From: Paraspadella gotoi
Lineage: Eukaryota > Animalia > Chaetognatha
NCBI GenBank assembly: GCA_051294375.1
Contig: CM119265.1
Location: 15,846,564-15,910,563, forward strand
DNA: 64,000 bases
Direction: 5' to 3'
Every line of letters starts with the position of its first letter. The stretch's first letter is position 1. This document shows, one piece after another, positions 12,701 through 23,934 of this stretch. The notes beneath the pieces were generated by a model. It was not told the DNA's origin and did not search any database. It worked only from the letters and a program-made list of their open reading frames with translations. The position numbers and the translations under genes were made by a program.

Positions 12701-14368
12701 ACGACTGAAGGTGACATGCTTAATGTTTATAAGCAATGCCCGATTATATGCATACAGAAAAAAATTCGGTGATTGAAATCATCATCTCTGAATAGATTAT
12801 GTAAAACATCATGGTTTTCTTTATGTTTGAAAAAAAAATCAGTGTAAAACCCTATCTGGTTGTTAATTATCAAATTTATCATTTTCCCTCCCTTCCCTCA
12901 AACACGTTGTACTTACTAGTCCCTCTTTTCCTTTCTCACTTTCCTTCTTTCTTTTCCTCATTTCGCTTTCCAAAGGAGTAATATTGGTTTCTGCGCCTCG
13001 GCCCCTTTAGCTTTTCATAGATTTCAAAGGTTGTTCTTTTCCTTGGTAAATACTTTCAGGACTTGAAAGAAGGAGAAGGAGTCGTCAATTTCGTTACTCT
13101 TTCCGTCTCTGTGGGGTGAACGAAAGCGTTTCTTAAGTCAAGCGGTCGACCGGATCTTGTATGGTTCCTGAATTCCTTTTTTAGAAGATTTATGGTGGTT
13201 GGGTCGACCGACTCAGGATAGTAATTGTTTTTAGAACGAATCCAGGAAGTTGAGACACAATGAAGTTACTTTCATTGACAACTTGCTAAATTATAAGATT
13301 AAAGATAATTTGTAATTTTTACAGTTCCATAGTTCTTTTTTTTTCGCGTTCTTCGGGTTCTTCTTTGAATACTCGATAATCTTTACTTTTTTTACTGTTG
13401 CTAAATATCCGAAATAGTCACTTTTGAAAAAAATTAGGCATTTTAATCGAGGTTTAAAATCCTGGCCTTTCATATATATTTTTTAAAAAGATTCTTATTT
13501 TTAAGATTTTTTCTTACCAAATTAATCATCGAACCTTCAATGAGAGGGCTACCACTGAAAATGTGCTTAATAATAATAATGATGCATCGATTTTCAACTT
13601 TCCTGTCCGGCCTCTCTCCCCCTTCCTCCGCTTCTATCCTCTTGACTCGGCGCTCCTCGCGCGAAAGCGGCGTTTCAGAATCATTTGTTTCCATAAACGG
13701 TTGTAGTTTCTCTTTTGTTTCGGCGTCAAAACTGACGAAATTATGAGGGCAAACAAGAAGAGCGTGAAAACGACTTTTAAAAAAATAGGACGTGAGTTGG
13801 CGCCGACGAAAACTTGATTATCTCACATTTTCTGTACAGCGAGAGATAAAAATGCCGTCCGGAAGGGGAAAGAAAAAGTGAGAAAAAGTCGCCGTCGCGG
13901 GCAAAGGAAGAGCGAGATAAAATTGCCGTCTCGGAGGAAGGATTTGCGACATAAAATTTCCGTCCGGGAAAAAGATTAAAATTATAAGGCGAGACAAGGA
14001 AAGATAGAGCAACAAACGCCATTTGTCATGAAAGAAAAACACCATTTCGAAAAAAAAAATTTTTGTGTCAGGGATTGCCGCAATTCACTATCTTAAACAG
14101 ACGTGATGCGTGTCAAAACGAAAAGAGAAATAAAAGCTTGCTACAGCTTACTGCAGAAAAGGTTCTCAAAATTAAAAAAAAAAAAAACTTTATTAATTTA
14201 AGTTGCATTAAGCGAAATGAAACACGCTTTTGAAGCTCGACTGAAGACCTTTCCAGTTTTCAGTTATCCAATTAATCCAACGATCCTTCCAGTTTGAATT
14301 TACAAATTTAACATAGCTACAAATATGAGCCGATTAACGCTCTCGTCATTCTGTTTATTTCAGCGACT

Positions 14369-14830
14369 ATGACGTCCTTCGGGTTGACCGAAGGCGAGAT
14401 GCCCACGACCATTAATGGCCACGCCACTCCGATTTCGGATCAAGTCGCAGTAATTGCCAACGGCCGCGTCACGCCTCCAACGGGCCACACCAACGGCCGC
14501 GCCAACGGACGCATGTCGCCGCCGTCTGAGCCGCTAAGCCTCGCCGTCAACGGCCACGCCCCTCCGAATTGGCGCCTCGTCAACGGCCACGGAACGCCAC
14601 CGCCCGAGACGGCGCCTATTCGTGCCGACGACGACCCTCGTGCCTACGGTTACCAAGGAGAAGTTGTATACGGTAACGACGATGTGGATGAAGGCGTCGT
14701 TGCCATGGAAACTAACGCCCCTGGAGACGGGAACGAGGACGACGGCGTTTGGAGTCTCACAAGCGAGAACCTCGATTACGTTAGAAGTCAAATAAAGGAA
14801 GTCTCTTTGTCCAATCTCGAGGAGACCAAG
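14369..14830 (+). CDS. Spectraplakin-like gene, first coding exon (low-complexity N-terminus with NG[HR]xxPP repeats)
   Basis: GC-rich open frame MTSFG...EETK. Acceptor tttcag ends at 14363 (ATG at 14369); donor AAG|gtgata at 14831. Confidence 0.75.
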
Positions 14831-15053
14831 GTGATAATAATGTAAAGTAAAATTTTATGGCATTCAGCTGTGCATTCAGCCATGCTTATTATATTTCAAA
14901 ATTGTTTTATGTTTTTAGTTTCAACGCGAAGATGTTTACATTTCGAAGTATTCGGAAGTCGTGACGGAAAGAAAGGTATGCTTACTTGCTTAGGCCCAAA
15001 GGAGCATCGAAACTCATTAATTACTCATTAAACCTTTTGCGAAACCGAATTTC

Positions 15054-15098
<45 letters not shown>

Positions 15099-17255
15099 CT
15101 CTCTCTTTTTTTCTCTCTATCTCTCGAGGTGGGCGATGTATTCCGATCGCCGGCGTTTCTCCGCCTTCATCAGACGATGAAGTGGATTCATGCGAGAACA
15201 ACAGAGATCGAGGCGGACACCCTCTACGAGAATGAGGTGATGACACCTTTACTAAGACTTAATAATGTTTTCAATGACTGGATCGGAGGATGTAAGATTG
15301 TCGTTCTGTCAAACGCAAAACATCCTCTCCAATCTCCAATTATTCAATTTCCTAGACTTCATTGGTCGCGGCGCAACTCGAGAGGCATCGTCGATTCCAC
15401 GAGACGATCGTTGAGTTTAGGGAGAAGGTGGACGCTTGCCTGGCAGACAGACCAAAGGATCATCAGAAGAAAGGCAAGTTGTCGTTACTTAAATCCTGTC
15501 ATTAGGATTTAACTAATGGGTCGCGAATATGTAATTATGTTTGTTTCCTCGTTTTTTGTTGTTGTTTTTTTTATGACGGAAAAGCTTTCTTAATCTTATC
15601 CACAGTTTTTTTACAAATCTTCAAAAATAATTTTTTCCACTTTTCTTTTTGACATCCTTACTTTCGAGTGCTATAGCCCTTGAATGGCTAAACCGATTTT
15701 ATTTTACCTATTTAGATAATATAGATATGGATTCCCTTTTTATAAATCTATATTTACCGTTTATAGTTTTTTTTTTAAATTATAGGCATAAAACGCGCGC
15801 AATTTAAGATTTAGTAGTGTCCTCTTTTTTTTGCACAGGACTGTAGCTTCTTAATTTTTAATTGAATTCGTTCTTAATTCAGCCTTGCTTTTCTCGTGGA
15901 AATGTTTCACGTTTTAAATGAAATTTTTTTCCCTATTTTTTACCAATCTTCTCTTTTCTTTGTTTGCCTTTTGGTTGGTCTTCGTATTGTATTGTATTCG
16001 TCTCCGCACTATTTGAATTCGCTTGTTCCGCATTTTTTCGGATCCGAATTAATCCCGAGTCCTTTTTACTCGTTTCTTTTGTTCCGCCGACTCGGCCGCC
16101 GACGACGCCTCCCGCCCTATTTTTTTTTTTAGACGACAGCGTCACCGAAACGGAAGTGAATTTCTACGCGGAATGTGCGCGTCGCTGCGACGTCTCCTAT
16201 CTTTATTTGCTGAGCCAAAGCGGGAACCGCCTTCGTCATCTGATGTCCTTATTGGATTTCCTGCAGACTTCATCCGAACAGCTCCTGCTAATGAACGCCA
16301 AGGAGGTGGGAAACTGCCAGACGGAGGGGTGGAGCCGGTTGGAGTTAGAAAGGCGTTGAGGCGAGGGTGAGAGGCGTGCGGCGTGGCAGAGATGAGACGT
16401 GAGGGATTGAATAGCGCGCGCTGAAGAGGAATTTCGTTGAAACGTGTGCGAAAACATTGGCCATGATATATCAACAAAAAAGAACGTACAAGAACGTACA
16501 TGCTTTAAACATCCTGGCAGAAACTTAGTTTAACTATAAGGGGGGTGGAAATTAGCAAAATAAGGGGAAAAAAATTTTCTGTCGGTTAATTCGATGGAAG
16601 AAAGTCAATTATTTTCAATGGGTGCGAAAATTTTTGAAAAAAGGAAAAAAGTTAGAAGAAAAAAAAAACAATGTTACAGTAAAAGAAACTGAAAACGTGG
16701 AACCAGTTCATTTATTGTTTTTGTTTCATGCTTTGTTTTCCTAAATGTTTGCGCGTCGCGAGAAAATAAAATTGCGCCGCAAAAGAAAACAACGAAAGTT
16801 TTTTTGGCGCAGGAAACGAGATTTATGGCCAGTATTTGAGCTTGGGCTTTGGCTTGAGCTTGGGCAACTGAGCTTGGGTAAAAGTTTGCTCCTCTCTACG
16901 GATCTTAAGAATGAACAGCCATCGATCACCTCGGTACATTCGAGAGTAAGGGAGGCAAAGAAAGAGTTACAATTTATAAATGCTATTCTTATATCTGCAA
17001 AACCATTTATTGTGTCATTAATAACATCTCCGTTACGACGGGATAAACACTCTCTTTATAAAGCTGGTAACTACTAGCTGATAACGATATGAATAAAGAA
17101 AGAACGATCAAAAAGAATGGGATGGTAAAAGGGGGAAAAAAAGGCCAAAGAAAAATGGAAACGAGAAAGTGGAAGTGGACTTGGGTCTGAGAACGGCGAG
17201 AAGGCACCTAACCGTGTTAGAGAGAAAGTGAGAAAAAAAAGGATGGATTGAAGCG

Positions 17256-17353
<98 letters not shown>

Positions 17354-17372
17354 AAAAGGATGGATTGAAGCG

Positions 17373-17438
<66 letters not shown>

Positions 17439-18083
17439 AGCCAGGGGCCAATATACTGTTATGTTAGGACCAAAACATTTGGTTTATTTTTTATTGGGAG
17501 CACCTGAACTGGGTTTTGTTGTATTTTATTGTTTAAAAATATAAAAAAGTACTGCGCGTTGGGTGGGAAAAGAGCGAGAAAACTTTAAAACGAATTTAAC
17601 GTCTGCGATAAGAATCATCATACGAATGACGTTTTATATTCTCTTTTCTTTTTCTCCTTCGATTGGTTTTAATAAAATCAATTTTTTTTTCTTTTCCAAC
17701 CGGAGTTTCTTGCAAATATTTTCATTTCTTCCTCTCTTTTTCCCCTCCAAGGCGGAAGAGCTTCGACGAGACTGGAGCGACGCCTTTAAAACGGACGTCG
17801 CCGCCTTGGAGAAATGCTGCGACGTCGTCTCTCAAGGTGACCCGGCTTTATCTAAAACTGTTTAGTTTTTTATGTTTTAATTTCAATTTCAATTATTTCT
17901 TCTCGTACATGCAGCCCTTCGAACTCAAGAAACGTCATACAAAGCCGTCAACGAGAATGGTGAAAGCTTGGTTCGAGATGGTAAGAAAACGATATTCTTT
18001 CTTTGTTTCTGTTGTGTTTCTTTCTTTCTTGCTATCTTTCTTTCTTTATTTTTTATTTTTTATTTCTTTCTTTCCTTCGTTTT

Positions 18084-18180
<97 letters not shown>

Positions 18181-18428
18181 TCTTTTACTAAAATTTTTAA
18201 CGATCATTAAAGTTTTTATATATAAGAATCATAAGATTTAAAATAAACAAAGAAAAAATGGATACATGAAAAATAAAAGTGAAAAATAAACTGATTTAAA
18301 AAGAAAGGAAAGGAAAAATGAAGTCCCGTATTCCAACGGTGTTCTCGATGGATGAACTCTTTTTGCGCAGGATTTAGGGAAATTTTCGTCCGTCCGTCCG
18401 TCGCCCTCTTTCTCTCTCCCTCTCTCTC

Positions 18429-18527
<99 letters not shown>

Positions 18528-18664
18528 TCTTCTCTCTCTGTCTCTCCTCCCCCTCTTTTTCGGTTCTTCTTCTATCTCCAGATTCCAGATCCCCCATATC
18601 TTCTCTCCCCGTTTTTAGAATTCTGGTTTATCCGAGTTGGTGGCATGACTTCTTTCTTTCTTCT

Positions 18665-18752
<88 letters not shown>

Positions 18753-21700
18753 CTCTCTAGTTTCCGTTATCCGAGTTGGTGCCGTCTCCATTCACATTCG
18801 GTCATCACAAACCGGATGAAGCTGCTCCGACAGTAAAACCAGAATCAAAGAGAGGAGATTGTCCCACTCACCCTTTTCCCTTCCGCCCATCTCCCTTTTC
18901 TCAGGACACCCGGCCTCGGTTCACATAAAAGGCTACTTGCTGACGATGTCGACTCAGTGGAACTGGCTCCTCAATTTGCTCAATTGCCACGAAATTCACA
19001 AAAACCACGCAATCGACGGGTGAGTTTCGAAGGAAAGGGATACGAGCTCAGATTCGGGAATTCCTCTATGGAGATTGATATTGGCTCAAGAATCTTAAAG
19101 TCTTTCATCGCGTCGGGGTCACTCAGAAGTCAGAGTTCGGTTCGAATCCGGATGGACAGAACGATGATCTTTGCACTTTTTTCATTTTTTTTTCTTCCAC
19201 AGATTCAACTTTTATCAGGACGTGAAGGCGTGCGACAGCTGGATAAGCGACACGAATGCCAAAGTCGAGAAACAAGTGAGATTCTTTTTTATGAGATTTG
19301 TTCCAATTTCCCGTTACAATTTTTTTTTTCAAGTATTTTATTATCTTTTCTTGAAGTCCGCCGCGAATAAAGACGTAACGCTTGAAGACAAAAGCATTTT
19401 CATAAACGAAACTAACAAGTTTGAAAAGGATCTCGACAGTATTATCCTTAGAATCAAAGTGAGTATTTTCTTTAAAAGGAAAACTCGTTTCTCCTCCTTT
19501 TTTAGGTGTTTAGTTACAATTTATTTTGGACATACATTTTGCCAAATGTTGGAATGGAAAAAAAAACTTATTTCGTTCGTGATTACCGCTCATCATTTAA
19601 TCAGGCCACAATCGGGACTTGAAAACAAAAACCAGACAGTCCCATAAACACGTTAATTCAATTTGTTCTTTTGGATCGATTTCGGTCCCGAGCCTTTCGC
19701 TTCCTCCCAAAGCTTAGCTCTTTTTCCTTCTGGTTTTCTCGTTCCCTTCCTGCCACCCCTTTCTCTCTTTTTTTCCCCCCAGCTGCCCACCCGTTCTGTC
19801 AGCCTTATCCCTTTTTCTTTTTTTTCTCTTACTTTTTCTTTTTCAATACTTTTTGACTACTCTCATTCGTTTTCCCTTTCCTTTCTTCATTCTCTCAACC
19901 TCGCCCTCGTATCCCCTTTTCCCATCCTTGTTTTGAGAAAGTCCGAACTTCTCTCACGCTTTTCCCCATTTTTTCCCTCCTCTCACTTTCCTTTTCTCCC
20001 ACTTCTCTCTCCCCTTTTATTTTATTTATCCGAGAGCTGTTGTCGTTTTGTCACCGCCAGGCTTTTTTCTTCTTATCTTCTTTTCCCGCCACACAAAGAG
20101 TCCTTTTTTTTCTCTCGTGTGTGCGGCTCCTTTTTGTTTCTGCTGTTTTTTTTGTTGTTGTCTTGGCCGAAGGTTGTACTCGAGAAGCTTTTAGTTCCCC
20201 CCAGTTTTTTTCCTTTCGTGACGAATGGAATTCCTTTGAAACGACTTGGGGAAAGTTGTCCGAGCGTCCATTGTGATATGACATACGGAAGAGTGTTTCG
20301 CTCGATATTAATGCTATTATTGTGTCATACGAAACCACTAAATGACTTTTTGAAGGCTTTAGTATAGAATTTCGTTCGATAGTTACGATATACATTTTGT
20401 TTTATGTTTTTGCTTTTCTCGGAGGAATTGGCGATGCTAAGCAAAAACGTGATCCCGCTACAATTGCGCGGCGAAAAAATGGCGGCGCCGCTAAACTGCG
20501 TCGCTAATTGTTCCTTCAAGAGCACAAAATTCAAAATGGCACAGAACGACAGGCGAGTATTCGTCACTCTCTCTCTCTCACTCTCTCTCTCTTTCACAAT
20601 TCGCAATTCACTCCATCAGATGCGCTTTGCTTGGGACCGAGTCCGGCTACCAATGGCGCGTCCGAGTCTCGTTGACGGGTGTTTCCGGCGTCGAAAGCGG
20701 CGTCGTTCCTTCCGTCTGCCTCACGATTCAACCGCCGAACGCCGCTGCCGAAGACGCCGCCAAACAGTTGGAGCGGCGATACAAGGAGCTGAAGGCAAAA
20801 TGGAAGAAGGTAAAGGAATTTTATTGAACTTTCTAATCTTGTTGATTTGAAACCTGAAGAGTGAAGAGCGCATACGAATTCAACGCATTATTGGAATAAT
20901 CTAAGCGGACCTATAGATTCCTTTACAATCCAAAGTCAGCCATGATTTTGCCCTTCCGATTTTCTACTCCAAATTCGCTGATAGACCGAATCGCACCGAT
21001 TTTCTTTTTCCAGTCAATCGAATCGTTGGAAAACCGGATCTCTGATCTCGAAGCAGCTCGTCTAGCCAGACTCGAGGCCGAGCGCCAGGCTGCCCTGGAC
21101 TCGGCACGGACGGAGCAGGAAAGACGAGAACGCCTCGCGGCCGAACGGGCTGAGGCTGAGAGACTGGAGAGGGAAAGGCTGGAGAAGGAGCGGTTGGAGA
21201 TGGAGCGACTGAGAGAGAAAGGCTGGAGAGAGAAAGGCTGGAGAGAGAAAGCTGGAGAGAGAAAGGCTGGAGAGAGAAAGGCTGGAGAGAGAAGGCTGGA
21301 GAAAGAGAGACTTGAGAAGGAGAGGCTGGAGAAGGAGAGACTGGAGAAGGAGAGGCTGGAAGCAGAGAGGTTGGAGGCGGAAAGACTGGCTGCCGAATTG
21401 GAGGCGGCTCGCTTGGCAGCGTTGGAAGCATGCGCCGGTAATAGTTGATTTAGTCATAAAATTATTAGTTTTGTTTCATATCTATTTTTTCTAGCAGTTC
21501 TTTTAAAATTATAACTTGTAAATGATGCCTGTGAAATTTCTTTTCTTTTCTGCTCCTTTACTTCTTTTTTTATTATTCCCTCTATTTCTAGACGTTCTAA
21601 CCTTACTTACCTTACTTACCTTACATTAGCTGAGGAAGAGCCAAGTTTTTCCTACGAGGATTGGAAGGAGCGCTACATGGCCTTCCACAGCAACAAGAGG

Positions 21701-23843
21701 GCCAGAGTCGTCGAATTCTTTCGCAAGAACGACAAAGATGGCGACAGGCGTCTCACGAGGAAGGCGCGTGACATTTTCGAGGACAGGGGGGGCGTGGCTA
21801 AGCGGCAGGGTTTGAATGTCACCCGTGGTTATTGTCGTCGTCATTGTCGTGTCTGTTCAAGGGGAAGGAAGGGAGAAAAACAATAAAGAAAAAAAGAAAT
21901 ACGAAGACGATATCTTTACCCGCAGGAATTCGTTGCCGGGATGATGGCTTCCGGTTTTAAAACTTCGGAGGCGGAGATGGAATTCATCGCTGCTTCATTT
22001 GACGAAGACGGTACACATATGATCAACTGTTTCGCTTTCGGATCAGCTCCTCCGATATCCCAGAATCTTAAAAATCTATCTTCTCTTTCAGGTAACGGCT
22101 TCATCGATTTTGACGAATTCATAAATGCCCTCCACCCGGAAAATTTGGCAATTAAAAAGCTGCCGAAAGAAATACAGACGGATCTCAACAGGCAAGATTA
22201 TTTTTTTGTTTCAACATTAAGTTTACTCACGTATTTAATTGAAAAAATAGTTGCCTCGTTTCACTACTATGGTCTTTTTTTTTTAATTAACGTTTGAGAA
22301 CAAGCCGTAACCTTACCACATTTAGTTAAATTTTAACCCATGCCCCTTCCGTCCCAGGTGCATGTGCGCGAAGCAGTTCCGCGTGACGATGTTGTCCGAA
22401 TCGAAATTCGCGTTCGGGGATGCGAGGAAGACGCGAGTCTTGCGAATCCTCCGCTCGAGCGTGATGGTGCGCGAGGGCGGGGGATGGACGCCCTTCAGGG
22501 ATTTCCTCAACAAGATGGATCCCTGCCGAATCCCCAAGTCACCCAAACCCAAGAGAAAGACGACGGGTAAGCGGGAGAGAGTTGGTTTCGGGACCGGAGT
22601 TTGGCTTTCCGAGGAGCGTTGTGACTCATGACCCAGAACAGAACGTCCCTCATTCTTTTTTTCTTCTGGCAGAGACAAGTTTTGGCGCCAATAAGCGCCT
22701 CGTTTGTTTAAAAAAAACTTTGATCATCATCCTTTTTTTATTTAACGGTATAAAGTCTGTTGAGAAAAAACATGCACAATTTTTTGTCAGTTTTTTTTTT
22801 AAAAATAAACATTCATATATTTTCTTCCGACGATGCTGGCCTTCGTTCAATTACGTTTCCACTCTTGACCGTGGCAGGAACCCTAGATGCTTGCCGCGAA
22901 ATTTGGCGGTATTGGGGAGTCAAAGATGTTATTGGCCTCCCGGCGCGTTTTCAAAAAAAGAAAAGTAAAGCGTAGAGAGCGACGAGATTTGGTCATGATG
23001 ATCCGATGAGATCGCATTCGACAGGAAACGACCAATTCTCAATCCCCAAACTTTACCTATGAGTTTTACCGCGAATGCGTACTCACCGATTTGCGATGAT
23101 ATTTATGTACTATGAGCCGAATAGCGCGATAATACAGTAAGTACGCGCCGTCTCCGCAACGCTTGACGTGCGTTACTTTTCTTGTTGTCGTTACAAGTAA
23201 GCCTCTCTACACTATGAAGTATGAAAAATAATCTTTTAACAGATCGAAAATTTTTCATACGGAGTCAGACGAAGACGTCACTACCGTGGTTGCGTGATTA
23301 ACGTGCGAAATTTATATTTTCTAGATTAGATTGTTCGTTTTTTTTTTCCGTGGCGGCTTCCGTGTTTTTATCTGATTGCATGAGCTTTACACGTCGCAGT
23401 TGATGAAACGGTCACGTAGACTCTATTATTATTTGAATCACCGTCATCATCAAACGAACAACTGCAAATTAAGTCCGATTCATTTGTCGAATATTTCTCA
23501 TTGGTTCCTTGATATAATACAATATGCAATATATATTGTGGCTTCCATTTCAAAGAAATTAAATTTATTAATCGGTTAAATATTTTTGTTACAATCTAAC
23601 TTGATAACATTTATTATTTGAACATCTCAAGGAACTTAGGAGGATATTTCGATATATTTTAGTTATTCTTAACAAATGAACGGATAATTTACGCTACTGT
23701 AATTTATATATCGAATAAAAAAAGCTTGATTTTCTTTCTCTCTTTTTTTAAAAACTTTTTCTTCCTCTTCCCTTTTCTTTTATTTCATTTATTTCGTTCC
23801 TTCCTTCTTTCTTTATTTTATTATTTCGTTCTTCTTCTTTCCT

Positions 23844-23934
<91 letters not shown>

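Noticed and set aside
15150-15178. Minus-strand CTGATGA...GAAAC match
   Set aside because: Lies inside coding exon 3; no credible stems or cleavage triplet.
21205-21300. Programmed frameshifting or pseudogenisation in exon 13
   Set aside because: Three compensating single-base deletions in short homopolymers of a tandem repeat are better explained as sequencing error; the overall frame is intact.
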